DNA of 63,906 nt, counting the filler, from Reticulomyxa filosa (Eukaryota; Protista; Foraminifera): NCBI GenBank assembly GCA_000512085.1. It is 27 parts of 27 records of this genome, joined end to end, with 100 filler letters (N's around TTAATTAATTAA, not from the genome) between each part and the next. Parts side by side here need not be neighbours in the genome. Positions count along the whole stretch, not along the records: positions 25,503 to 27,235 come from ASPP01003464.1; positions 27,336 to 28,609 come from ASPP01035792.1; positions 28,710 to 30,188 come from ASPP01026182.1; positions 30,289 to 32,015 come from ASPP01049171.1; positions 32,116 to 35,573 come from ASPP01017939.1; positions 35,674 to 38,325 come from ASPP01011558.1; 21 more parts are not named here. The stretch is one strand, 5' to 3'. Below the pieces are notes generated by a model. It was not told the DNA's origin. It was given only the letters and a program-made list of their open reading frames with translations, and did no database searches. Positions 25,516 to 38,425 of this stretch are shown piece after piece. Position 1 is the stretch's first letter. Each line of letters begins with the position of its first letter. A program made the translations under genes and the position numbers.

Positions 25516-27207
25516 TGAAAGATGTATGTCATAGCACACCACGTGATCGTAGAAGAAATTTGGCAGTTAAGCTAATGTCGGAAATTAAAAAACCTGTTTC
25601 TGATTTTAGTGGAACGCGATTGTTGGAATTGGTTCGAAATGGTGCTGATCTCAATTATCAGTATGTCCGATATGGCGCGAAGAAGGATGAGGTATGTCAC
25701 TAAATGTTCACTTTAAATGTTGATTGGAAAAAAAAAAAAAAAAAAAAAAAAGATATATGCACACCAAAAAAAAAGGAAGGTGACACACCATTGATGCTTG
25801 CAATTAAAAAAAGAAATAAACAAGCCATTCGATATTTGATCCAATTTGATTTTGACTCAAATATTCGCGATAAAGTTTATTGTCTTTAATTTTAAAAAAG
25901 AAAGAAGAGTAAACACGTGTATATGTGTGTGTGTGTGTGTTACACGCGAAAAATAATAAAGAAAGGAAAAACAGTATTAATATTGGCGTTGGAACACGGA
26001 TGCGATCCCATAATATTGGACTTGTTAGTAAACAAAAGAGATTTGAATCCAAGACTACGCGATGACGACGGCGAATCGGGACTGTCAATCGCGTTGAAAT
26101 TGGGCTATCGCGAAATTTCGAAAACGTTGATATTGTTAGGAGCTGATCCTGTGTTGACGGAAAAGCAGGTGGTTGATGATTGGTTCGAGGCTGTGCGCAA
26201 AGCGGATACAGGCAAACTCGAGGAAATGATGTCCACGATGAACTTCCCCATCGACATGATCGACGAAGATGATATGACTGCGCTGATGCTGTCTTGTGAA
26301 AGTGGACGATTGCACTTGGTGAAATGGCTGCTGACCAATGGAAGCAATGTAAACATTCAGGGAAAGAAAGGATATACTGCGCTAATGATTGCATGCTTTA
26401 GTGGATATCGCGATATTTGGGAGTATTTACTCGAAAAAGGTGCCAACTTACATTGCAAAGGTGACGATGGTATGACTTTGGTACACTGTGCTGCTGTCAA
26501 AGATTCGATGGCTGATGTCATCAAACTGATGTTTCATGCGTCGAATAATAATGAACGAGGCAATATCATCAATGCGCAGAACATGTATGGTATGACAGCA
26601 CTCATGATCAGCGCCGAAAACAAGACATATAATGTCGCCACACAACTACTGCGTCATCAAAGTGAATTGGACATTGTCAACAAAAAGGGTGATACTGCTT
26701 TGATGTGTGCGTGCAAAAGCAACAGTGGAAGGATTGCATCCATGCTGATCACAATGGGTGCAAATATGAACATTCAAAACTTGGAGGGTAAATCGGCTTT
26801 GATGCTTGCTGCTGAGAACGGGTGTGTGTGTACATTTTTTTGTTCCTCTCATTTTAACCACTTTATGTTAACAAAAAAAAAAAAAAAAATATATATATAT
26901 ACATATCTATTTTTTTAACTCACTCAGACATGCCCATATCGTGGCAGCATTAGTAAAATATGGGGCAGACGTAACGTTGTACGACAGCAATGGCCACAAT
27001 GCGGAATTTTATGCAATTTCCAATAGTCATGAAAACGTTGCACAAATGATTAAAACTGGACGGCTTGGTGAAATGGAAGATTTGATGGAACAAATCACAA
27101 TATTACAGCAGAAACACGAAAGTTTGCTTTCCACTGTTTCACGTTTGACTGAAATGAACCAAACATTAACAGATGATATTAACCGCACTGAATTGCAAAA
27201 AAATGTT
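25516..27207 (+). CDS. Ankyrin-repeat protein with C-terminal coiled coil (partial, spliced)
   Basis: About 11 ANK repeats (GDTPLMLA, GKTVLILA, DMTALMLSC, GYTALMIAC, GMTALMISA, GDTALMCAC, GKSALMLAAENG), interrupted by poly-A/(GT)n introns. Confidence 0.9.
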
Positions 27208-27335
27208 GAGTTTTTTAAGATTAACTTTTTTTTTTNNNNNNNNNNNNNNNNNNNNNNNNNNNNNNNNNNNNNNNNNNNNTTAATTAATTAANNNNNNNNN
27301 NNNNNNNNNNNNNNNNNNNNNNNNNNNNNNNNNNN

Positions 27336-27371
<36 letters not shown>

Positions 27372-27409
27372 AAATAAATGATATACATAATACATATACA
27401 TATACATAG

Positions 27410-27954
27410 GAAGCAAAAAAGATCATCGCAACACATATTGGTCGGAATTGAACAGCGTAATAAGCCAAAGCGACGTATTGATTGAAGTGTTGGATGCCCG
27501 TGATCCAATGGGCTGTCGTAGTATCGCGGTGGAGCGACGAATAATAAGTGGAAAAGCGAATGTGTTCGGAGGACACAAGAAATTGATACTGCTGTTGAAC
27601 AAGATCGATTTGGTCCCGTATGATATCTTGAGCCAATGGATGAAGTATCTGAAAAGAGAGTACCCCGTCATTGCATTCAAAGCGTCCACACAAAGTCAAG
27701 GCCGAAAGTTACAATCGCATATGAGTTTTTCCAATGTCACCTATGACAAGACGGGGATGAAGCAAAAAGGGGTTGTCAATCAATGTGTCGGTGCCGAAGC
27801 TTTGATCCAGTTACTTAAAAACTATGCGCGGTCTTTGGATCTCAAGGCGCCCATTACTGTTGGAGTAAGTCACTTTTTATTTTTATTTTTATTTTTTTTA
27901 ATGTCATCTCCAATGTTCTGCTATCACATATGCACACATATATACCTATATACG

Positions 27955-27985
<31 letters not shown>

Positions 27986-28493
27986 TTATTTATTTATTTA
28001 TTTAATATATGTAACTTATAGTTCATTGGATATCCAAACACTGGAAAATCGTCGGTAATCAATTCACTGAAACGTACGCAAGCTGTTGGAACAAGCTCCG
28101 TGCCTGGATTTACGACCCAATTGAAGGAGGTGAAATTGGACAGCAGTGTCAAGTTAATAGATTCGCCAGGGGTGATCTTAAATCAACATGAAATGGAAAC
28201 ACGCTTGGTGTTGCGCAATGCCTTGAAAGTCCAGTCAGTCGACTCCGTCGAGGCCGTCGTCAGACATATTCTGAAATGCATTCCTTTTAATAAAATCGCG
28301 CGTATCTATGGATTGACACCGCAAGAGATTAAACAGTCCTTGCAAAGACAGTTTCTCCAAAATGACCTCAACATCGATGAAAAGACTCCACAAGCAGAGC
28401 AACCCAATCCATCCACTTCTGATGAAATGATCCCCGATTCCGAAAAATTTTTATTCATTTTGAGTCAAAAATTGAAGCATATTAAGCCTGGAG
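27410..28493 (+). CDS. GNL3: Nucleostemin/GNL3/Nug1-family circularly permuted GTPase (60S biogenesis), partial
   Basis: DVLIEVLDARDPMGCR, G4 LLNKIDLVP, AFKASTQSQ, LLKNYARS..ITVG, then intron 27865-28021, then FIGYPNTGKSSVINSL (G1), PGFTT (G2), LIDSPG (G3). The G4-G1-G3 order is diagnostic. Confidence 0.88.
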
Positions 28494-28709
28494 GTTCACT
28501 TTATATATACATATTATTTATATATATATATGTACACATATACATATATGTATATATATATATTTTTTTTTTTTTCCCAAATAATGCAAATGATATTGAA
28601 AACAAAACANNNNNNNNNNNNNNNNNNNNNNNNNNNNNNNNNNNNNNNNNNNNTTAATTAATTAANNNNNNNNNNNNNNNNNNNNNNNNNNNNNNNNNNN
28701 NNNNNNNNN

Positions 28710-28954
28710 TAAAGAATGGTATTGGTAATTCAAATGTGATATGTTCTGGATCGGTTGATAATACAATTCGTTTTTGGGATATTCGATCAAATAAGAATGA
28801 ATTGTATGTGATCAAAGGAGACGAGAATGAAGATCGTGGGATATTGTGTCTTAAATTTATTGGATTGAAAAAGAAAGATAAGACAAAGAATGTTAAATAT
28901 GATTTGAATTTGTGTTATGGTTCATACAAAGGTCCCATTTGTATTTGGGGATAA
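28710..28954 (+). CDS. C-terminal end of a WD40 protein (same family as 5120-7471)
   Basis: VICSGSVDNTIRFWDIRSNKNEL...EDRGILCLKF...NLCYGSYKGPICIWG* closely matches the C-terminus of the first WD40 gene. Confidence 0.85.
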
Positions 28955-29299
28955 TTTACTTTTTGTTGAATAAGAAATGAAGAATTTTTTTTGGAACGTT
29001 TGATTAAAGAAAAGTACGAATTTGTTTTATTTGATTGAGTTCAAGCATTGAATGATGTGTTTTATTTTACTTTGTCGCTTAAAAAAATTGAAAAAAGTGC
29101 ATTAAATGTTTTTTAAAGAACTGAAAAGCATAATTAATAAATATTGTATTGAAATATCAAATAAATTGCAAGATATTTCAAGTATTGCGTTTGTTGTATA
29201 ATTGAGCAAATTGTTTTTGTATTAATTCATGACAGAATTCTTTTCTGTTTCAAAGAACACGTAATATTATTTTAAAACTTGAAATATTGTTGATGCCGT

Positions 29300-29984
29300 T
29301 GAATCTTTTTGAAGAATGCAGTGATGGTTATAAAAAAAGGCAAACCAATATTGAATTATTTTAGTATTCCACTCATAGTTAGTGATTGCCCAAGATAAGA
29401 GCCAGGAAAGCCATTCGCACGTTATTGTATCTGTTGGAAGTACTTAGTTCTAGGATTATCATCAACTCGTGACAAAGGATGCATTAAAATCATGGTAGGT
29501 TTGCATCTTTTTTTTTTCTTCCTCTTCGAAACTTGTGCAGCAATGGTAGCTTGTTTTGCTGCACCTTTGGTAGGATGACATTTACACACTGCGTTGCAAT
29601 ATTGGGTCAACAGCGACGTGTGCCGTCCAATGTCTCGCCTTGTTGCATCGCCGTTTGGAAAAAGCTGCATGTTTTTGTCGAGGGCTCGTAAACAATACAT
29701 CCGAGTATTTTGTTGGTGCAATTGTTAGAAGCGATTCATCCTCGTGTAACACTCGCTCCTTCATCTTGCTTGCGCATTCCAATATCTTTCATTGATAACA
29801 GTGCTCAGTTTTTCCATTCTTGTGCTATCTTTGTTTTTAAGACCTTTATTCATGCGCTTCTTTTTGCGCCTTTCTTCTCGTTGTGCTTGTCGTGCAACGA
29901 GGTTGCACAAATTCCGACCACAAATCCACTGAATAATAAGAATGGCAACAGATAACGAGAGGATGTTGTCTCAGATGATGCCAT
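29300..29984 (-). pseudogene. Frameshifted pseudogene, weakly uracil-phosphoribosyltransferase-like
   Basis: ATG at ~29984 and a hydrophobic N-terminus, then LLTIAPTKYSDVLFTS.R.K, which recalls the UPRT N-terminus. Multiple stops and frameshifts; no intact PRPP motif. Confidence 0.2.
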
Positions 29985-30288
29985 GGTTAAATTAATTATG
30001 AAAAAATTATCCTACTGTTGATGCTACAAGGGGGAAACGAACATAAACAACAACAAAGCCAATTTGAGGTGTGCGTTAAGTACTTCATAAAACGCAACTA
30101 GATAATTATTTTTAAAATTATACATTTGCGAAAGTTATGGCTATTTTCTTTAGCCAGTGTTTGCAACTATCACTGCAACGAAAGAGGANNNNNNNNNNNN
30201 NNNNNNNNNNNNNNNNNNNNNNNNNNNNNNNNTTAATTAATTAANNNNNNNNNNNNNNNNNNNNNNNNNNNNNNNNNNNNNNNNNNNN

Positions 30289-31066
30289 TTTAATCAAGTC
30301 AATGAAAATAACAATGGCAATAATATTGGCGACTTGGAAGTTGGGAAAATATTCAAGTTCTTTGGCTATGAAAATAACAAAAGGATTATTCTTCTTATTC
30401 GAAACACTGACAAATATCGATATTGAATTGACGTCCATGAGTATTGATTGTATATATTATTACGTTATTATATCCTATTTGTTTGGTCCATTTGAAATTG
30501 TATTCACAAGAAAAGTTACAAATATCTAACTTACACCATAAATGTATTTATTATTTGTTGAATACATTCATTTTTTTCTTTTAAAGACGTGTTGTATGTA
30601 CTTGAAAAATTGTTTCAACTTTGTGTCAGGTTTTAGGAAAAAAATTAAAAGAAATAAAATAAATGTGATCGAAAAGACTGTACTGAAGTCTGAAAATATC
30701 GTTATCGTTTATTTTTCAGTGCTTCATTGCAGCAAGGTGAGAAGAATTCCAAATGAAAATCTACCTACTTGATCTAATTGGATCCAAAGTATCTGTTTTT
30801 TCATATATCGTGATCACTGTAGTTTTGCTGGCAAAAAAAATTGAATTAGCTATTATTGGTGTAATTAGTCAAGTCAAATCCATATGCACTTGTTTATTTA
30901 TTGCAGCTTTCTTGCACATTTATCATTGCACTCGATACCAACAATCTTCTTGCAGCTCAGTGCCCTAATTTTGATTCTATTACATCACAGTTGTATGGAA
31001 GTTATGCATAGAGATATATTGTTGGGGCTTGTCCTCATTATCTTGGGGATTTTGCTCAAATATTGA
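30289..31066 (+). pseudogene. Degenerate multi-pass membrane transporter (SLC35/nucleotide-sugar-like)
   Basis: Hydrophobic fragments LIKSMKITMAIILATW, LAIIGVISQVKSICT, ILLGLVLIILGILLKY* in different frames. Confidence 0.25.
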
Positions 31067-32115
31067 ACGGAGGCCATACTTGGCAACATCACAAGGGGAA
31101 AAATGATTTTACCTTTTATCTGGCCATTCTTTTTTTCCTCTTTACACTTGGAGTTTGTTTTTGTCAATCACTTGTGCCTTGAAAAAAAAAAAAGCATTAA
31201 CACAAATTTTTTTCATTGTCAGGCAACATAAATACTGAAAAAAAAAGGGCTAGATTATAAGTTTTTTGCCAAATCAAAAGAGACAAAAAGGCAAACTACA
31301 AAATCATATCAAATAATGGCTACACTGATCTATGTTAAAACCAATGCCGCAGTGTAAGTACTCGGAACATTAAGTTGTGAAACAACACAAAACGTAAATG
31401 GAACAATTTCCAACAAAATAGAAAAAAGCAACCAATTGAACACAAAATAACACCAGCATTACTGTTAAAAACACTAAGAAAAATTTGCAAAAGCGTGAGC
31501 AGAATGATTTCAATATTTTGTTATTCCTCATCATGTGTATGAGCCCAAACATTATCCACATCCGACCACCTTTGGTCAAGGTGTACGCACGATCTGTGCA
31601 CAGTTCTGTACACAAATCAATCGAGAATCAGTGTTGCTAAGGAATCATTTAGATAAATACAAGACATGCAGATTATACACACATAGCATTAGACAGAAAT
31701 AAGAGCTTGCGGCTACTTAACATTAGTCTCCAGAAAACTTGAGATGTTCACGTATGCCGACAACGAGACAATCTACAATAGTTTTTGCAGTCCATTTCTT
31801 CCAAACATATGGCACAGCTGTTCAAATTGTTTATTTCTTCTTTCAGGCGTTTCAACACCAAAGTAGTACCTTTAAGTATCAATATGTGCACCAAGTGTAC
31901 ATATATAAAAAAAAAGGATTCAGTGAATGTATAAAATGAATAAAATATATATATATATTATATTATTTGATTATAGTTACCATTCATCTTATTATTTGCA
32001 GGTGTGGAAGATAAANNNNNNNNNNNNNNNNNNNNNNNNNNNNNNNNNNNNNNNNNNNNTTAATTAATTAANNNNNNNNNNNNNNNNNNNNNNNNNNNNN
32101 NNNNNNNNNNNNNNN

Positions 32116-32323
32116 CCCCCCTTGTTGTTCAACACAAAATACAATAGAGTCTTTACCTCCACCGTCAGGTTCCAGTTTCAACATCATTTCGTAACGCTGC
32201 AGAGCTATGTCATAGTCGCCGCGCTCTTCCCAGGTGTAATACACCAACCACCTCCCTGAAAACGACGGGTCGCTTTCACAGTTGTCACTTGTCTCTTTAG
32301 CTTTCACTTTCTTTTTTTGCATT
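32116..32323 (-). CDS. Hypothetical protein, first exon (truncated by linker)
   Basis: MQKKKVKAKE...FSGRWLVYYTWEERGDY...KLEPDGG followed by a GT donor. Confidence 0.3.
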
Positions 32324-32977
32324 GCGGAACACAAGGACAATGACAAATCCTCAAATTCAAAATTTTTGAACTTTCGGTTTTCCCAGCTTTTCCAAGTCTT
32401 GCGCAACAAAAATTGTTATCATAAAATTGAAATTTGGTACTGCTTCTTTTGTCAATTTTATCAAAATTCAAAAAGAGAAACAAAATACAATTTTTTGTGT
32501 AAATACTTAAATTAAACATTACTTTACAATTATTCAATACAAATGAACGCAAAGCAAATCAGTTACTTCAAATTATTTATTTTGAATACAACACGTTTAT
32601 AAATACAATTTAAGAATAGGCATATTTTTTAAAATTAAAACAAAAAATATGAAATAATGCCCAAGTATCTCATTGTCGTTCGCAAGATTTTGATCACATG
32701 TGCCCAACCTAAAAAAGCGAGAAAAACTCGAAAAGTTTTAACTTTTTTTTTGTTAGTTATAGTTGCTTTTGGCGTTTTATATCTTAATAACGGTATGTTT
32801 GCTTTTTGTTTTTTTTCTTATAAGATGAGCATTGGCTCTGTCAGGTTAAAGTGTTAACCTTGGAAGTTCTAGTTTTTTGTAAAGTGTAAAAAAGATTGAA
32901 AGTTTGTTGGAAAAGTGGAAGCAGCATGAAGTATTTGTTTTTGTGTAACATTTGAATAGACCAACCATTTCGGAAAG

Positions 32978-35573
32978 ATGATGCGCCTCCTACTGTTGCA
33001 GCTGTTTTTCTGTGTTTTCAGTTAGGATAAGAATTTTTTTTGCGTTGTTCTTGAGTGTACTACAGCAACAAGGACCAAAAAACAAAAAAGAGAATTTTTT
33101 TGTGATACTAAAAATGCGGGGGGGGGTGAAGGCAAAGGTGCGCAATTGACAGTGACGCCAGGTAGAACAATAGCAGCGACAGGAAGTCAGCTTGACCCAG
33201 ATGGCGACTTGTGGTGGGTGGACAAGAACAACCAACTTTCGTTCCATAGCTTGACCAGCTTGCTTGGTTCTCCTTGTGATGAAAGTTTGGTCCATTCTTT
33301 TTTTATGTCTCCCTCTCCCCCCTCTCTTTCTTTCTATCTTATTGGATTAGAAACAAAAAAAATTTAGTTTATAAGTTGTACTAAATCCTTCTCCCTCTTT
33401 TCGTGCACAATACACGCGGTGGGACACTTTTTCGTGATGTGACATGCGCTTGCGTTTGTAGATACGTTTGAGACACGCTTTCGCTATTACAACAATTCGG
33501 GACAAGTGTACGTGCGCATGACACCGAATTGGATTTTTACCGAATTTTGGTATCCCTTTGTATTTTGGTCGGGTTATGCTACTACAGGTGACGTATATGT
33601 TATGTGATGTAGTGTACTGTTTTTGTTTTTTGTATACGTCATATGTACATCAACGGTCATTTTTTTTTTTGATTTTTTTTTTTTGGGGGGTATTGTTTTG
33701 TTCAAAAAAAAAAAAAAAAAATTGGTTAAACCTTTTAAACCTTTCAGCGCAAGTCCTCGAAAAGGGCATAAACAACTTGTGCTATCAATGCATTTCCCAA
33801 GCGGGATACGCCAGTCCGGATTCGTACGACTTCATATACCAGCGAAACAGTTTTCCAGATAACAATTGCTGGGACGAGTGCATTGGTAATAACACCTTTT
33901 TGAACACAGGGGACACGGACCAAGATCCGATCTTTAGTTGGGCGTTTTTCGAGGCGAGGATTTATCGTGACACTTTGCTGACCGGACAGCTCCCACAAGA
34001 GTATCGATTGTTGAACGATGTGGACTTGCAAATCACACACACATTCAATCGCAGCATGGAACTTGTGACTGTTTCCGACGCCTCGGTGTACAGTTACATT
34101 AATGGGCAAATGTTCCACATTGGATCAAAGACTGTAACCTATGTGCATGGAAGCTGGTTCCGGTCTTGGACAAATCCGAGCGGCAATCAATGGGTTTCTC
34201 CGTTTGTGCCAAGTGGTCCAAAAAATCATACTTGCTTTACTTGGATTGCGTCCAAGGACGATGTGACGGGAAAGTTTGGAACATTAAATGCGCAGTATTA
34301 TGTGGACAAGGCGGGCATAGTTTGTCCAAACATAACCAAGTGTGTGACTCACACGACTGCAAGTCCGACGAAACAGCCGACATATGCTCCCACGCGATTT
34401 GTGTCCACTGCGGCCCCAACGGCAAAGCTGTTGCCAATAATCAATTTCACTGGAATTCCTTGCCAAACGTGCAACATGGATCTGTTTGTGATTGTGGATG
34501 CTTCGAAATCGATATCAGATGACAGCCTCTTGAAGGAAAAGATGTGGGTTCAGCAACTGTTTCAGCGCATTAAACGAGAATTTGACAGAATGAACGCGCA
34601 AATGGCGGCTCTGCACTTCCCTGATCGCGTGTGCTTTCGGGCTGGAATTGTGACCTTTTCGTATCTGATTTCGATGCCAATGAACTTGTCGATGTGGGAC
34701 TGCAGCCAAGGAGGCTACAACGCGACCATTGGAAATCAAATCATATCTTCCATAGGCCGACCGCACCCTCCCAATACTCGCTTGGCAGGAACGCATATTA
34801 GAGACGCTTTGGACGGCGCCCTCTTGATGTACAACCGAAGCAATAAGACTTGCACTAGCTTTTATGGCATTGCTCTCACTGATGGCTATCCTCAAAGTTA
34901 TCGTCAAGGCCCGGACACAAATCAAAATCCTTGCTTGGGTGGGTATCGAGGAACCAAATTTCAAAACAAATTAACCAACTTTTTCTGGGTCCCAGTCGAA
35001 GGAGGAGACTCGTACAACACGGAATTGTTTTCCTGCTTACTTAAACCCCCAACTCAACACATTATTACTCAATCTCAAGTTATCCCATTAATGAATTGGG
35101 ACAAGACTACACATCCCGAGTGTCAGATGTGTCAGACTAAGTTGAGTTGTTTGTGACTGTTTGCGTTTTAATTTTGTCTTTGCTTTTAAACGATCACATA
35201 ACACATGCACATAGACCTCCTACCAAACAACCGACAAAATTTCCAACGAAAAATCCAACAAGACAACCGACAAAAAGGCCAACCAAAAAGCCAACATTCC
35301 CACCAACAAAAAGACCAACAAATCCGCCAACGAAGAGTCCAACTAAGCCACCAACAAAAAATCCAACCAAGCAACCAACAAAGAATCCAACCAAACAACC
35401 AACAAAGAATCCAACCAAACCCCCAACAAAGAATCCAACTAAGCCACCAACAAAGAATCCAACTAAGCCACCAACAAAAAATCCAACTAAGCCACCAACA
35501 AAAAATCCAACCAAACCCCCAACAAAGAATCCAACTAAGCCACCAACAAAAAATCCAACCAAACTGCCAACAA
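32978..35573 (+). CDS. Secreted vWA (MIDAS) domain protein with Cys-rich N-terminus and Pro/Thr/Lys tandem-repeat stalk (3'-truncated)
   Basis: Five exons join in frame: 32978-33020, 33132-33284, 33462-33587, 33748-35140, 35215-35573. Signal peptide MMRLLLLQLFFCVFSKGA; vWA motifs DLFVIVDASKSI, AGIVTFS, GTHIRDAL, IALTDGYP; then (PPTKNPTK)n. Confidence 0.85.
35217..35573 (+). repeat. Coding tandem repeat, 12/24-bp period (PTKx / PPTKNPTK)
   Basis: About 29 PTK-type tetrapeptide units, e.g. ccaacaaagaatccaactaagcca. The contig ends inside the array. Confidence 0.95.
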
Positions 35574-35719
35574 NNNNNNNNNNNNNNNNNNNNNNNNNNN
35601 NNNNNNNNNNNNNNNNNTTAATTAATTAANNNNNNNNNNNNNNNNNNNNNNNNNNNNNNNNNNNNNNNNNNNNTTTTTTTTTTTTTTTTTTTTTTTTTTT
35701 TTGAAAAAAAAAACTCAGA

Positions 35720-35992
35720 AAAAAAAAAAAAAAAAATGATACTTCAAAATAGATCTATTTGAACTCGAACTAAAAGAGGTCTCATTCAACGTTTACTTTA
35801 AAGAATGTCCACTTGATCATTTGAACAGCTCCGAATTTGCACTCAACTTCGTAAAAGGTGAATTCACAAGCCGCTTTGAAATATCGAATACAAAACTATT
35901 TGCATCTGATCCTGCAAGCAATGAAAAGAGAGATTCTCCTATCGCTTCTCCGCCACAAAGAACTTTGTATTTTCACGTTACTTGTGCTACTG
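35720..35992 (+). CDS. Exon of hypothetical protein
   Basis: Open frame LFELELKEVSFNVYFKECPLDHLNSSEF...LYFHVTCAT followed by a GT/(AT)n intron. Confidence 0.35.
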
Positions 35993-38425
35993 GTATATAC
36001 TCATATACATATATATATATATGTATATGTCTACATATGTGTATGTATTTATATGCATATTTATGCTCATTTAATTATATTATATTATATTATATAATAA
36101 TTGAAATGTTTGAATATATTCTCCCCTTTTTCTTTCCTCTCGATGCTGTGTCAATCAAAACAGACAAAAGTCAAATCGAAAAGATTCTGGGCGTATTGCA
36201 GTTTGAAGCAACGAAAAGTCGTTTACAAAATGTTGGGCTAATCTGAGCAATGAAAAAACATAAAGAAGAGGAGATGATATAAATTCGCTTTGTTGCTTCT
36301 TTTCTTCTCCTTCCTTTCTTTGCTCTATTGTGTACATTATTGTTCTCATATTATTCGTCAACAGCCCTTGAAGTTCCAACATTTTCATCACACAGCAACA
36401 CAATTATTTTCACTTTTATCTTACAATGTGGTGTCTCTTTTACTTAATCCTTTTTTGTTTGTGTCAGTTCGGTTAGTTTGTTCGTTTGGTTTTTCTCATT
36501 TTCAAATTTCGAAATGTGATTTGTTGATACAATAACTTTTTGTTGGTTTTTTTTTTTCTGTTTGATTTGGCTATTTGTAAAGCTATATCTTTGCTTGTTC
36601 TTCTTAAGTCATCCTTGGAGTTTTCACATTGCACTTTAAAAAAAAGTAAAATCAGTGAAGGCTTTTGCTAATTTGGTATTTGTTTTTTTTTTAAGTGTCA
36701 TCCAAAGGCCGTTTTTTTTTGGTTGAAGTTGGATATTCAAAAACACGTCATCTTGTGACCGATATTTTCTGGGTATTTCAATTGGGCAAACCAAAAATGA
36801 AACTCAAATTTGCACTCACAAAGAAGATGGGAAAACATGTAACATAAAAAAATTGTATCCCCAAATTTTCTAATGCTTTCAGTACAAATTGGGTGATGGA
36901 CCATTTAATCGTGTTTCAAAAAAAAAAAAAGGAAGAAATCAAGCAAATGTAAAATCAACAAATATACTATTTCTTTTTTTTGTTTGTTTATTTCAGATCA
37001 CGACAAATTTGTATTGGGTTTATTGAATGACTTTTTTTTTGCATGAAATGCAAAAAAAAAAAAAGCAATCAGAGAAATAGTCTAAATCCTGCAAATACAG
37101 CAGAGCCAATGACTACAAAATATAGAAAATACATGATAAATGGATTCAGTTTTTCTTCTTCTTTCTTTTCTTGTTTTACTTTCTATTCGTAACACCACAT
37201 CATTGTGTCAATGTTGGGAAACAAAAAAAAGTAAATTACTATCCCTTATTTGTCTTTTTTTAGCTTTGAGATATGGTGTTGTAAATAATACAAACCTTTA
37301 GTTTGTGACTACGCTTTCCTTGGTTAAATTCGCTGGACACAACACGAGCGGCTGACTTTGGTCGTTTTGGCTGAACAACCACAGAAAAGTCGTTTTTTGC
37401 TCGTAGATTGTTCATTCAAAATACTTTTTCATATATTGTTTTCTTTCTCCCCCCTCTCTCTTTCACCATTTGTTCGGTTTTCGCTGTGGCTTGTTCTTCA
37501 CAGAAATAACAATCGAATTAGCTCTACCGCAAAGATGAAGGATTTTTTTGATTTCGTCAACCCGAAGAACAGTTCTAAACCGGATGACACCACAGAGCAA
37601 AACATTTTTCTTGTCCATGGATAATATCTTTTTAAATTTAAGAAAATCTCTTCGTAAAAATCGGCAGTTTTGCATTTGATGGTAGAAACTAAACGTAAAA
37701 AAAAATGCATTATTTTAGAGCTTAAACCAATTCGTGTAACAATCTACATGAGCTTTAAGGGACAATTAACTTTGACAGTTGGGCCGTGGTCGGTACAGAC
37801 CAGAAACGAGTTTTTTTTTAAGTTTGTTTGAAAGAAAAAAGCAAAATTGATTATCGTTTCAAAGATGTTGCGTTCATCTTTAGAGACAAATACCGAAAAA
37901 ATGAATGGAAATGTAATAATTGAAAACATTTCCAAATATCTCGGTTCAGAAAACAGTGAGGACACCCGTTGTGTCTTCACTAAAAAGAATCAAAGTACCA
38001 AAGAAGGGCGTGCATATGATCCTTCATTGGTCATTAACCTTGCCTATGGTACTCTCCAAAGTGTTCACTTGTTGTATTTTTGAGCGTCTCAAAAGTGTAT
38101 ACGTTTATGTTGTGAGGAGGACTGGGAAGTGAACTTTTTTTAAAAAGTAACCCCCCCCTGTTACTCTACAGAGAAAAAAAAAAAACTGTTTCAATTTTGT
38201 TGTTGTCAACAAGAAGCAGATCAATCTGCCGGCAAAATTGAGGCGAGCAAGAGTGGTCAAAATACCAGTTGTCCAAAAGATAATAACACGAATAAAGACA
38301 ATGAGAGTAGCAACAATAATAATAANNNNNNNNNNNNNNNNNNNNNNNNNNNNNNNNNNNNNNNNNNNNTTAATTAATTAANNNNNNNNNNNNNNNNNNN
38401 NNNNNNNNNNNNNNNNNNNNNNNNN

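Noticed and set aside
35186-35621. (VGFFVGGL)n membrane-like ORF and Q-rich ORF
   Set aside because: Reverse and alternate frames of the PTK repeat. The spliced vWA gene fixes the real frame.
37534-38130. Aha1-like (Hsp90 activator) gene
   Set aside because: Only a vague resemblance (RKKK..I, MNGNVIIENIS) across broken frames, too weak to call.
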